From: Magallana gigas
Taxonomy: Eukaryota
DNA: 64,000 bases
NCBI RefSeq assembly: GCF_963853765.1
Contig: NC_088858.1
Coordinates: 38,750,001-38,814,000 of the forward strand
Direction: 5' to 3'
Notes under the pieces: model-generated
Told to the model about the DNA's origin: nothing
The model's database searches: none
What the model saw: only the letters and a program-made list of their open reading frames with translations
Part shown: positions 48,881 to 60,818 of the stretch, in pieces
Position numbering within the stretch: the first letter of the stretch is position 1
How the letters are laid out: the number at the start of each line of letters is the position of its first letter
Program-made: the position numbers and the translations under genes

Positions 48881-51330
48881 CAGGTGGCAGTACTTCAGAG
48901 ATAGAGTAAGTACCATATTGTGGATATACTGACAGGTGGCAGTATGTCAGAGGTAGAGTAAGTACCATATTGTGGATATACTGACAGGTGGCAGTATGTC
49001 AGAGGTAGAGTAAGTACCATATTGTGTATGTACTGACAGGTGGCAGTATGTCAGAGGTAGAGTAAGTACCATATTGTGGATATACTGACAGGTGGCAGTA
49101 TGTCAGAGATAGAGTAAGTACCATATTGTGGATATACTGAGAGGTGGCAGTATGTCAGAGGTAGAGTAAGTACCATATTGTGTATGTACTGACAGGTGGC
49201 AGTATGTCAGAGGTAGAGTTTGTACCATATTGTGGATATACTGACAGGTGGCAGTATGTCAGATGTAGAGTAAGTACCATATTGTGGATATACTGACAGG
49301 TGGCAGTATGTCAGAGGTAGAGTAAGTACCATATTGTGGATATACTGACAGGTGGCAGTATGTCAGAGATAGAGTAAGTACCATATTGTGGATATACTGA
49401 CAGGTGGCAGTATGTCAGAGGTAGAGTAAGTACCATATTGTGGATATACTGACAGGTGGCAGTTTGTCAGAGGTAAAGTAAGTACCATATTGTGTATGTA
49501 CTGACAGGTGGCAGTATGTCAGAGGTAGAATAAGTACCATACTGCGGATATACTGACAGTTGGCAGTACTTCAGAGGTGGAGTAAGTACCGTATTGTGGA
49601 TATACTGACAGTTGGCAGTACTTCAGAGGTAGAGTTAGTACCATATTGTGGACATACTGACAGTTGGCAGTACTTCAAAGGTAGAGTAAGTACCATATTG
49701 TGGATATACTTACAGTTGGCAGTACTACAGTGGTAGTTGGCAGTATGTACTTCAGAGGTAGAATAAGTACCATACTGCGGATATACTGACAGTTGGCAGT
49801 ACTTCAGAGGTGGAGTAAGTACCATATTGTGGATATACTTACAGTTGGCAGTACTACAGTGGTAGTTGGCAGTATGTACTTCAGAGGTAGAATAAGTACC
49901 ATACTGCGGATATACTGACAGTTGGCAGTACTTCAGAGGTGGAGTAAGTACCGTATTGTGGATATACTGACAGTTGGCAGTACTTCAGAGTTAGAGTAAG
50001 AACTATATTGACAACTATACTTCTAAATTACAGAAAGCACTAGTACTATTGTGGAAGTACTGACAGTACTGTAGAGACGGAGTAAGAACTAGTACTATGT
50101 TTGATGAACTGACAGTACTTTCGAGATAGACAAATACCCTTGTGGAAATACTGAAAGCAGTGCCTCAGATTTAGAGAAAGGACTTGTACCATTATGGATG
50201 CACTGACAGTTGGCAGTACCTTAGAGTTAGAGAAAGTACTTTACCAGTGTAGATATACTGACAGTTGTTAGTACTTCATAGGTAAGGTAATACTCTGTAC
50301 CATTCCTAATGTCCATACAGTTGAGGTAGAGAAAGTAATAGTATTATTGTAGTGATAATGAAAATTGGAAATATTTCAGAGATAATCTGGATCTCGAGAT
50401 ACAGTAAAAAATACATCAAAGGTAAAGGGACTACGATGTTGGGTGTCATGTTAGTTGACAGTATTTCAAAGGTAGAATAATTACCATTGTGGATGAACTG
50501 AAATTTACCATACCCGGTACTTAACATGTAAAGCAATATCACTATGTATGCACTTACAGTTGACAGTAGGTAAGGGGTCAAGAAATGTCCACTGTCAATG
50601 TAGTGGAGTAACTGGAGATTAACTGGCAGTTGGCAGTACTTTAAAGGTAGAGGAAGTACCATTGTGGATTTAATGACAGAATGTGTTCTATTGTGTGTAA
50701 CCTCACTTGACAATACTTCTGAGATAGTGTTATACCATTGTGTGTACTGACAGTTGATAGTTCATCACAAGTAGATTTAGTTCCAAATGTCGATGCACTG
50801 ATATTATACAGGACTTTAAAGGTAAATAAATTTCTAACATCATTGTGAGTGTACCGACAATGGACAGTATTTCATGGGTGGAGTTAGTATCATTATGGAA
50901 CTACTGACGGTTGACAGTACTTCTGAGGTAGAGTAAGTACCATTGTGGATGTACTGACTGTTGAAATACTTCAGATGTAAAAGTTCTATAGTACCATTGT
51001 GGATGAACTTACCGTTGGGAGTACCAGTAAATTTAGTACTAGTTACCCGGTAAGTTGTAGAGGTACTGACATTTGACAGTACATCAGAGGTAGAGTAAGT
51101 TCCATTATGGATAAACTGACAGTTGGCAGTAATTAAGAGGAAGTTCAAGTATCATTTTGGCAGTTGGCAGCACTTCATAGGCAGAGTAAGTACAAATTTG
51201 TGTGTACAAAATAAATAGTTGTTAGTATTTCAGATGTATAGTAATATCAATGTGGATGTACTGACAGTTGGTAGTACTTCAGATATAAAGTACCATTATG
51301 TTTAGGTACACAATTGGCAGTATTTAAAAG
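48881..51330. repeat. 52-bp minisatellite (caggtggcagtatgtcagaggtagagtaagtaccatattgtggatatactga), about 21 conserved copies then a decayed tail
   Basis: Period 52 from 48881 to about 49990; cores such as gacagttggcagtact and agagtaagtacc are still visible to about 51330. Confidence 0.95.
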
Positions 51331-51925
51331 TTAACTACTGTTCCTATTCAAGCATGTGGATGTTGCTATCATTTCTTACTTTAAAATACATTCAATTTAA
51401 AAATGCTATCTATTGAAGCAATTGTTTCAAGTTGTAAGGTGTAGGTATGCTACAAAGACTAAAACAGTTCAGGGGTATAGCAAAGAATATTGACACAAGT
51501 TGAATCATTTTACGTTGATCATTGAACCAGGGGTGTACTACACTGGATATCAATAAGACAGAATTCACAATGTTGAGATAATACAGAACATATTTAATAG
51601 TAATACCCTAGTTCTCATGTATATGCACAACCATTCACATATAATCGGTGCATGTGTTACATGTAAATGTAATGCAAGACACTGTAATAGCCAGTGTAAA
51701 TCAAAACAACTTATACACATAAATCTAAATTAGAACTTAGCTGCAGGAAATTACTGTTTGGAACACTTGGATAGCACTGTAAAAAAGCCTACAGCTAATA
51801 ATATCATAAGTAGATGAAGCACTACTTAAGTCTCATAATTTTGCAGGAAAAACACAACGGAGACTTGATTTCTTGATCCTCTCCATTTGAGTCCAATTAA
51901 CAGTCCATTTAATTGCAGAGTATGT

Positions 51926-52080
51926 TCAAAATCCCACTTTTCCAAGCCTACTATCTGTCTTTGGATTTGCTATTAGGGCCTGCACACCAACTATTGCAGA
52001 ATTTATTTGTGTTTGTAAGTCTCTTAAATTCTTGATGTGAATAAGTCTCAGGATTTTAGCAGCTTCATTTATTATGTAAT
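51926..52080 (-). CDS. RTRAF: RTRAF exon 8
   Basis: (D)YIINEAAKILRLIHIKNLRDLQTQINSAIVGVQALIANPKTDSRLGKVGF*. Confidence 0.96.
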
Positions 52081-54943
52081 CTGAAAAAACAAAATAACAA
52101 ATTGTTATTTCAAAAAAAATGAAATAAAGGGGTGCATATCCAATATACCATTGAAATATAAACATAATATACAGAGTGCATTTTAAAAAAAAATATCTCC
52201 ATTTCTAAGCAATATTGACATTGATATAAATACTAAATCTTTAAATGTATTAATGTATAAAACAAGAATCTGAGTGTATACACTCAATTTTAAAAAATTG
52301 CTAGACACTTTATTATCATATTCTTTGACATAACTGCTAAGTATAACTATTGGTTAGACTAAAAATACAATGTACCTCCAGTGTCAAATCCTAAATCTGT
52401 CTGATCCAGAGGTAGTTGTTCACCCTAAAAAAAAACCCCCAAATCATTGAAATGAGAAACGTTTCCCTTCACCAACATAGTACATTGTACATTGCAAACC
52501 AAATCTTAGACTGATAGGATAGAGTAAAGCATGGAGGTTGTAACTTGATGCTTTTCTCTTACAACATAAAATTGGAAGACTGTCAATGCATGCAGATGTA
52601 CTTGCCTTTGATTCTGTAGAAAATCTTTTGAGGGCTTCTTGGGATAGTCTATCTCTCACAACCATGCAAATTGCCTGAACGCCAGATATTTGAAAATGTA
52701 AATTAATGAAACACTTTAAGATAGTCTATCAAAACTATAATATAGTACATGTAAATGTTTAGATAGTTACACAGAACAATTCAAGGAAAATTCCACCTTT
52801 GACTTCTACCTCTCTTTTGCCCCAGCAAACAAAACATTAAAACCTTTAGTACCGGTTACTTTTTCAGTACACTTCACTAGGAAAACTTTATCCTTCTCCT
52901 TACCTTTAATTGTTCTAAATGGTCAGTGTGTGGAGGGATTTGTAGGATCATGGATAAAGATGTAACACCAGCCTTAAAATCAGCATCATTGACTGAAACA
53001 AAAAAAAAATTTACTGGTATCAAAGTAATAATTTGTTTGATTTTTAAGTAATTTTTACATTTAACTCCCTCATTTTGAGACACTGATATATACCAGTGTA
53101 CATGCTACTATCTGAAATGCCACTATATGATATATGTACTTACAATCCAAATTATCGAGGGGATTTGTGGAAGGGACTCTGCCTGCCTCTGTCATAGCTA
53201 TATTAGAAGGATCGGCTTTTTTGTATTCCTCAACTGAAAAGAATTTTATTGCATTATATCCATGGGTTTAATATGGAATACAAATACAATCTATTACTGG
53301 TAAGTGAAAAAAATCCAAATCACAGTACATGTATACCCCATTGGAAACTATTGATATACTTGTAATCTGGTACAGTTTAATATTCTCGAAACATTTTTTT
53401 CCCAGCTGTCATAAAAATGATAATTTGCCTCTGCATAGATATTTTCACAACACACCGAGATTTTTATTTTTGATACTCTTAGAAGTAAGGGCATGCAGTG
53501 TAAATGAAGTTGTACCATATGATCATTTTAATTTAATTTTACAACAGGCATAGCCCAAAAGAAAATCAAACTTACACAAGAACAATTCTAAAATGACTAA
53601 AAAGAGATATATGGGCACTGCTTACAAGATATCTTAATTACCATTATCTCCATACTCTAGTCTGATCGCATATCCTAGAATCCACCCGGCAACATTCACC
53701 CTCTCTGTCTGATGATAGGGACATCCCAAGTCTTTAAGGTACTACAACATAACAAATACATCTACATACAGCATCAATGTCAGAATTTTATAACCGGTAC
53801 AATTGATACTATCACAAAATTACATTATAAAACACTGTTTTTCAAGACAAAATGAAAGAGACAATGCAAATAGTAGGTTCTGATTTGCTGACTTACACTT
53901 GTATATAGCATAAAAGTAAAACTTGATCTTACACTTTCATATGCTTTAGTCCAGTCACTGCTTTTGATATTTCTTAGTCCAGCTCGATCCTCTATTTTGT
54001 AATGGCAGATTTTCTGATCTTCAAGCCAAAGGATGAAACTACGAAACTCATCTTCATCTATGAAAAAATATGCACCAAAGCTTTATATATGTACTTATTC
54101 AAAATCATTATTTTGATATCGGTAAAAAATAATCTGTATACTGTAGATTCCTGTCATAGAGAAGCCAATTTTAAACCTTGCTTTAATAACCTAAACAACG
54201 AATTGACATAAACAGTTGTTATATTGCATGGGACAACTATCTCTAAAGGCATCCAGAATAGTAAAACCTATTGATTTAATTTCTTGTTCAAATGTTTATT
54301 TAAAATTTGCCAAATAGCAGTTGTCAATGATGACACTGCAAATAAAAGCTAACCTTTTTCCAGGGGGTGAATTTAGGAAAAATAAATCTCTGTGTCATTC
54401 TATGCTATTTTGAAAGTTTAACTTTGGCATACAGGGTGCGCGTGTGACCAGTTCTCGCTGAGTACCATTTCTCGCCAGTACATTGTGACGTCATTTTTCG
54501 TCTATAATTTTATGTGTTGATAAAATGACGTCATAATGTACTGGCGAGAAATGGTACTCGGCGAGAACTGGTCGCACGCCAGTATAGTTTGGGACTGTGG
54601 CCAAATGCTGATGTCCGAAGAAACTAGAATTAATAGGAGATGGAATGTATGTCACACCTCTAGCCAAGATTTGGGACTTAAATCTGCGAACACAAACCTT
54701 CGACACACAAGCCAATTTAATTGTTCGATTAAAAATTATCAAAAGATTCCACTGGTAAGTACTGTACCAGATATACCAGCATCCGATGTGCGTCATAATG
54801 CTGACTGAAGCAATATTGGAGGAAAAAGATTATCTATGACCTGCGACAAGAGACCATGTCATTTAAATTAAGCTTATCTTACCTTCCACTTTGAAAGTGT
54901 CTGGTTGGTGATATCTGAGAGCACATAATTTACGTCGAAACAT
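51926..54943 (-). CDS. RTRAF: RNA transcription, translation and transport factor (C14orf166/CGI-99), complete, 8 exons, 245 aa
   Basis: complement(join(51926..52080,52376..52424,52606..52674,52904..52992,53144..53233,53642..53741,53933..54057,54883..54943)) = 738 nt. Peptides MFRRKLCAL, WLEDQKICHYKIEDR, IRLEYGDN, DFKAGV, LGFDTGD, NPKTDSRLGKVGF* closely match the RTRAF family as I remember it. Confidence 0.96.
52376..52424 (-). CDS. RTRAF: RTRAF exon 7
   Basis: GEQLPLDQTDLGFDTG|gtacat. Confidence 0.92.
52606..52674 (-). CDS. RTRAF: RTRAF exon 6 (GC donor)
   Basis: AICMVVRDRLSQEALKRFSTESK|gcaagt. Confidence 0.9.
52904..52992 (-). CDS. RTRAF: RTRAF exon 5
   Basis: (F)NDADFKAGVTSLSMILQIPPHTDHLEQLK|gtaagg. 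Confidence 0.95.
53144..53233 (-). CDS. RTRAF: RTRAF exon 4
   Basis: (V)EEYKKADPSNIAMTEAGRVPSTNPLDNLD|gtaagt. Confidence 0.92.
53642..53741 (-). CDS. RTRAF: RTRAF exon 3
   Basis: YLKDLGCPYHQTERVNVAGWILGYAIRLEYGDN|gtaatt. Confidence 0.95.
53933..54057 (-). CDS. RTRAF: RTRAF exon 2
   Basis: (D)EDEFRSFILWLEDQKICHYKIEDRAGLRNIKSSDWTKAYES|gtaaga. Confidence 0.95.
54440..54579. mobile_element. 140-bp foldback (MITE-like hairpin) in RTRAF intron 1
   Basis: 58-bp arms 54440-54497 and 54522-54579, 3 mismatches. Confidence 0.8.
54883..54943 (-). CDS. RTRAF: RTRAF exon 1
   Basis: ATG MFRRKLCALRYHQPDTFKVE|gtaaga. Confidence 0.95.
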
Positions 54944-55148
54944 TTCCTTTTTTATACGTTTGTATTACACAATCCACGTTTCTGCTCCCCGCTAAAACCA
55001 GATATGGTGAACGTTCGCTAATTCTAGAGTCTACACGACGTTCAGAGACGTCCCGGGAAAAACAAACTGAGCATAATCCATTGCTCGTTTTTATAACACT
55101 ACTTTTACAAACAAAATGAAATAACAGTTAAAATTGAATTGAACGATT

Positions 55149-55151
<3 letters not shown>

Positions 55152-55215
<64 letters not shown>
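55152..55215. repeat. (TC)32 microsatellite; a poly-G run follows at about 55256-55273
   Basis: Direct reading. Confidence 0.98.
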
Positions 55216-55217
<2 letters not shown>

Positions 55218-56926
55218 GTTTTCTCTCCAACAGTGTTCTAAGAAGACACAAAGTGGGGGGGGGGGGGGGGGGGTATGGGTTGTTGCATGTAATAATTCAC
55301 TACTTGCATCCGCGTCTCAACGATACTCAATGATTATGGAGGGTAATCGTGTTCAAAAATCCAGACATGTAAAATATGCATCGTGTTGATGTGTGAGCCT
55401 GAGCATGAATATGTGTAATTCTGATCGTGTAACCTATAAAACTCGGGCATAAACACGTGTAAGATTTGACTCAGTTCCTTCGCATGATGCACATTTTGCA
55501 ACTTTATTGTTTACATTAGTTAATTAAACCTTCAACTTTGCACACTTTCAATCCGTAGTTTCTGCGTTTGTAACTTCAGGCTCGGCAATAGCACATCTGA
55601 CATGATACAAATTGACAAATGTAAAGTCTACAAGTTTGTCGAATTTTGACATGACCTTATATGGCAACTGCCTTGCTGCGGGAAAAGGCATGCAGTAACC
55701 GCCGGACCGGAATGAACGAAAAATAAACATAATATTCAGCTAAACTGTTGCAATAAGCTTTTAATGAACGACACCTTTTCTATCGAAAACACCGGTATTA
55801 TTTTTAGAAAAAAAAAATTGAGGTATGATTGAAACTGGACCAAACAGGAAGAGGTTCATGTAGAAAAAAAATTGTTGCCGATGTGACGAATGCGCTAATT
55901 TCCGTAATATAATTCTCATGGAATTATAAAAGGAAATGCCTAATATCTTATATCTCTAAAAAAAATCGAACAGTTTTCAAGATAGGAAGTTGTTCTTTTG
56001 CAGATCATTTATACGTATATATCAGAAGTATGCAAATTGCTAGGATTTTGATTTCTGATAATTTATAAAAATATCAGCTGTTGAACTTAGTCATTTTTGG
56101 GCAAAAACATTGCATATAGAGTACCCCATTTTTACTCTTGTTATTTTTCTGAATTAGTTAGAATAAACGACCTGCAAGGATTTGGTAATTTTTCGCGGAA
56201 AAATTTATGTTACTTTACATGTATTTATACTTTTTGTTGTTGTGTAAGTGAAAGACAAATAATAACACAATCTTCAATAATAATAACAAAAAAACTAGCG
56301 CATATTTTTTGTGCGCCGTAAATTGAAGTTTTACTATGGGAGGCACTGTAGCTCAAAGATCGTTCATCTGTATTTTTAGACAGGGAGCTACAAACCTGCA
56401 GGTAGTTCACAAGTGGCTGTAAAGCTGTATTATACTAGCTCTCCAGAAAATTTTTATCAGCCAACTTCACAAAGTGAGTCTGTATTGAACCGACATACTC
56501 AATCCCGTAATAATTGCTTAAAATAATTTTTAAAAATGTCAATTTTTACCTGCATGATAGGTTTTTTTCCCTATATATTGCCGACAATGCAAAGAAACAT
56601 TTCTAAAAATAATTTATACACATTTTAATTTCACGACAGTTAACCTTATCTTTGGAATTTTTATTCATTTTTTTTAAAGAGGGTGTCGCTTCTTATGTCT
56701 CATATAACGGGGTAATCACAATCTCAAAACCAATGTCTTTAAATAGTTTGTTTTTCTTATCGATAACTTTGCAACTCAGCTGACGGATCCCGTTTAATTT
56801 TTCGCGTGGGGGGGGGGGGGGGGGTCTTGTCACAACTTTTTGGTAGCGATAAGGATGCATTTGGAGATATTTTCTTAATTCAGCCGAGGCCTATACTTTA
56901 ACAATTTGTTGCATGTACTCTAATAA

Positions 56927-57366
56927 CAGTGACGTCGGAAGCAAATTGAAGGGGGGGGGGGGGGGGCTAAACTAATCATGAAAAATAGTGACAAGAATTC
57001 CCATAATCATGAAAATTCTAATCCTTGGGGGGAGGGTATACCAATAAATCCATTCTTACCTGCCCAATTTCCCCCCCCCCCCAAATCATGAAATTCCTAA
57101 TCCGTCGTGGTGGTCGTGGTGGTGGGGTGTGCTAGTATACCTACTATGACTCTAATTTTCAATATCACTATTAATATTTCATTCTCTTTAAGGTCTTTTA
57201 AGGAACAATTTTGTTTGTTGCGAGGAAAAAGTAGGGGGGTTGAATCCTCCCTGTTGCTATGTTCCTAATGGTTAGGTCTAACTTGGCAAAAAAGTGTGTG
57301 TGTTTGGGGGGGGGGGGCTAAGTCCCCCCCCCCCTAGCCCCCCCCCCACTCCGGTTCAGACGCCTG
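56927..57366. mobile_element. Nested G/C-tract-rich MITE-like element
   Basis: Imperfect ends CAGTGACGTCGGAAGC / GGTTCAGACGCCTG; poly-G and poly-C tracts just inside both ends; no clear TSD. Confidence 0.42.
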
Positions 57367-57955
57367 TGAATAAAAATGCGTATATATCTTTATACATGTG
57401 TATTCAAACAAAGTCATTAATTAAATGTAATTTTTTTCAGTTCTAAGAGGATATCTGAAGCCGATCGAATTCTTTACTCGCATCTTTTATACATTCTCTT
57501 GATAAAATGTACACCAATCTCATTATTTAATTTTCCGAAAAATGATATTCTATGAAATGTTTTCCAGAGATAATATGATTATATGCTTACTTAATATTTT
57601 TTTTTATTTATTCCGTCCCTATTCCGGCGATTACGGCATGCCTTTACCTGCAGCTAGCCTTTTTCTATCAGTAACGTCACTGTTTCCATATAAGGTCATG
57701 TCAAAATTCGACAAACTTGTAGACTTTACATTTGTCAATTTGTATCATGTCAGATGTGCTATTGCCGAGCCTGACGTTACAAACGCAGAAACTACGGATT
57801 GAAAGTGTGCAAAAATTGAAGGTTTAATTAACTAATGTAAACAATAAAGTTGCAAAATGTGCATCATGCGAAGAAACTGAGTCAAATCTTACACGTGTTA
57901 ATGCCCGAGTTTTATAGGTTACACGATCAGAATTACACATATTCATGCTCAGGCT

Positions 57956-59337
57956 CATTGGCGGATCCAGAGGGGGGGTTCCGGGGGTCGGAACCCCCCC
58001 TTTCTCTGGGACATATGAATTTTTTTGAAAACGTTTAGTGCCTATTCAAAGACAATTTTCCCATTTGTAATAGAAATACTGTAATTATCTCAAATAAACG
58101 TTTTTAGAATTGCTTATTTAAAGAATTTCGTACTGCGTCCCATAATTTTGTTCTTATGTGAAAAAACCCTATCGATTTTTTTATTGAAATAAAGTACATT
58201 GTACTCCCCTTCAGCATCCGGTGTTTACTACACTGAGTAAACATAAGGGAAATTAAAGAAAACATTACATAATATTAAGCAGCATCGCTAAAAACACAGA
58301 TTTAGTATAACATATACACTGTATATTCTACCCTATTTCTTAAAATAAAAAATTATTATAGTTCATACAGTTTTGAACTGACAAGCTATCGAGTAAAACG
58401 ACGTTCAGGTATGAGTACACGCATTCGTTTTACTTTAAAGAGCCACCTTCAAATTTATTGTTTAGTTAATTAACTGAAGTATTTATAATAGATGAGTTTT
58501 ACTTCGTTTCAAAGGAAAAATACAAAGAAAATTACATGACCCGCTTACGCGGGTTATGCTATTTTTCTGGAATGCTAGCTACCTTCATACCCACATGAAA
58601 CACAAAAGAAAGCCTTTTTTGTTTGTTTCCAAAAGTCGGAAATTCTGTTACAAAATTACCGTATAAAGGGTTTATATGTAAACCATTATGAAAACCATTA
58701 TGAAAATGCCCAATTTTTCAGAACTTTTCTAAATATGATCGCATCTGTACTAGTGCCGAATGATGTAGCGCACCCGGCCATTACAGAGGTCACATCAATT
58801 GCTTGTAGCATTGTATTACACACGTACCATCTATTCAGCACATAAATTATCCCCATTTTTTGTCATATCCTATCATTTAGACCTTTATTTAAGAAGGCAA
58901 TCGATAGAACTCAAAATCGATAAATAGTTCAGAATTTAAAAACATCAAAGACATAAAAAAAATTACCAAAATATCCATTTTTATAATAGTTTGTCGTAAT
59001 TAGTCTGAGTTATTTTTTGCTTCTTAGTGTTTCTTTTCAGTCAAGCATAGACGCACTTTCTCATTGCTGCATGGAGACTTGTGTGTCTTGTGGCTAGATA
59101 GTATGCAAATCTTCCTTACCTAAACCAAAACGGCAAAACGCTCAATAATGCAGTGCACTCTGCTGTTGAAATAGATGTGAAATAGATAGTGATGAGATAA
59201 ATGTTTATAAAATACAGTTGTATACGCACGGAAAACGTTAAAAAGGTCCTTGTTTATTGACAAATGATGAATTTTGCAAATTTTTGGTTTTCATCAAATG
59301 GAACCCCCCCTTTTCCAAATTGCTGGATCCGCCTCTG
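57956..59337. mobile_element. Nested DNA transposon, 1382 bp, 15-bp TIR, 5-bp TSD
   Basis: AGGCT|CATTGGCGGATCCAG ... CTGGATCCGCCTCTG|AGGCT; the uninterrupted site is preserved in the opposite arm of the host element (about 55380-55410). Confidence 0.88.
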
Positions 59338-59434
59338 AGGCTCACACATCAACACGATTGCATATTCGGATTTACAAGTTTACATGTCTGGATTTTTGAA
59401 CACGATTACCCTCCATAAATGATATCATAGTACA

Positions 59435-59679
59435 GGGGCTCGGTTGTCGGATAGTGGATTTTTTCATTTGTGTATATAATTGCAATTTAAACATGCATTC
59501 ACTGAAAACCCCCGTTTCAATAATTCTAAAAAGTGCATTCAATGTTACCTTTTTTAAAGTACATTTTTAGTTGATGTTGTTATTGCAATACACAAAAATA
59601 CACAAAAATTACCATTTTTAATCATTTTTGTCTTCGGGAACAAATAGTAGAGAACTCCCCTATCCGATAACTGAGCCCC
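59435..59679. mobile_element. MITE, about 245 bp
   Basis: GGGGCTCGGTTGTCGGATAG / CTATCCGATAACTGAGCCCC, 18 of 20 inverted match. Confidence 0.7.
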
Positions 59680-60434
59680 ATGCTGATATCCGTAACCTTC
59701 TGTGCTACCATGAAGTTTTATAATCCATTTTTAAACGAATACATCTGGAGCTCCTGTCGGATAGTTATAGGCCCAGCTAGGGACGTATACTATATTCCTG
59801 TATAGGCTCTGTTTTTATTGATCAGAATATGCCCTTTATTTCTTAGAATACTTCAGTCATAAAACATATTTTTTCTAAAAGAAAACTGCCCGCCTTGTCT
59901 TCCTCTTGTGTCAATTTGACCATGTATGGTGCATTTTTTAAAGAACCACATTATACAATCTAATTTATTTCAATTTCACTTTTTCGATTCTTATCAGCTT
60001 ATACAATATACAAACTAATACATGTTACATTAGCATTTACATTTGTATACAATCTATTTTAACGATATCGATATCGATCTTTAATTAAAAATCTGTTTAC
60101 GACGATATATATATATAACCTGAATTAGTTCATTATACCAAACTTAGACTTACAACGATGAATAACATTAATTTCACGATTAATTATTGTAATGATCTCA
60201 AACGTTATTTTCTGCTCAGTGCGGGTCAAAATTCTATAAGCCTAGGCTACAGTAGAGTTTTGGTAATCACCAGTCTATAAAACTAACGAAAACCCCAAAT
60301 TTAAACCAATTCTTAAATACCTGCGTTGGTATTAATCACACATATCGCCTGTAAATAGAAACAAAGCTTACCCCAACCTCCCAACCCCCCCTTTCCCCAA
60401 TTTTGTATTTGGCGCGTAAAATTACTTACAACAA

Positions 60435-60439
60435 CCAAT
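60435..60439 (+). promoter_or_regulatory. CCAAT box (aaCCAATca) upstream of the LRRC73-like start
   Basis: NF-Y-like context about 110 nt before the ATG; sequence match only. Confidence 0.35.
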
Positions 60440-60549
60440 CAGCTTTCAAATCAACAAGTAGTGCGTGATTACTTTGTTGTGATTAGTTTCATCGGAGTTT
60501 CCTCGGTCTCAGGTGTGCATAGGTGCACACAGGTAAACACTGATCAGCA

Positions 60550-60818
60550 ATGAAGGGAACAATTGAGTTAAGCCATGTAATTGTTTCACATGATAGTGTA
60601 AAAGAAATTTGTGATGCAGCTAACGGCGGAAAGTTGAAAACGCTCTCATTGCGCGATTGTGAAATAGAAGAAGCATTATACAGCTCCATCTTGAAAGCAG
60701 TGGGAGCCTGCACGTCCATACTGCAACTAAGTTTGTGTGTTGGTATGGTCGCATCAAAGAAGGACGTATCAGCGCTCTGTAGGTGTTTACAGAAAAACAG
60801 ATCTCTGCTGGCATTATT
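60550..60818 (+). CDS. LRRC73: LRRC73-like exon 1
   Basis: MKGTIELSHV...CRCLQKNRSLLAL|gtaagt; phase 2. Confidence 0.88.

Larger units (their letters stand above)
55338..59414. mobile_element. Long-TIR non-autonomous DNA transposon (about 400-bp arms) carrying nested insertions
   Basis: Left arm about 55338-55735 is the inverted copy of about 57600-57955 plus 59343-59414; ends AT|GGAGGGTAATCG ... CGATTACCCTCC|AT. Confidence 0.8.

Noticed and set aside
48547-48909. 120-aa ORF
   Set aside because: Translation of the 180-bp HINE repeats
48881-49990. Regular repeat array resembling CRISPR, and repetitive ORFs across 49571-51148
   Set aside because: Units are contiguous with no unique spacers, the DNA is eukaryotic and has no cas genes; the 52-bp period is not a multiple of 3, so the ORFs are repeat artefacts
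55139-55389. Poly-(SL) ORFs
   Set aside because: Translation of the (TC)n microsatellite
55548-57802. Two ORFs sharing PYKVMSKFDKLVDFTFVNLYHVRCAIAEP on opposite strands
   Set aside because: They are the two inverted arms of one transposon; no transposase motif and no evidence of coding
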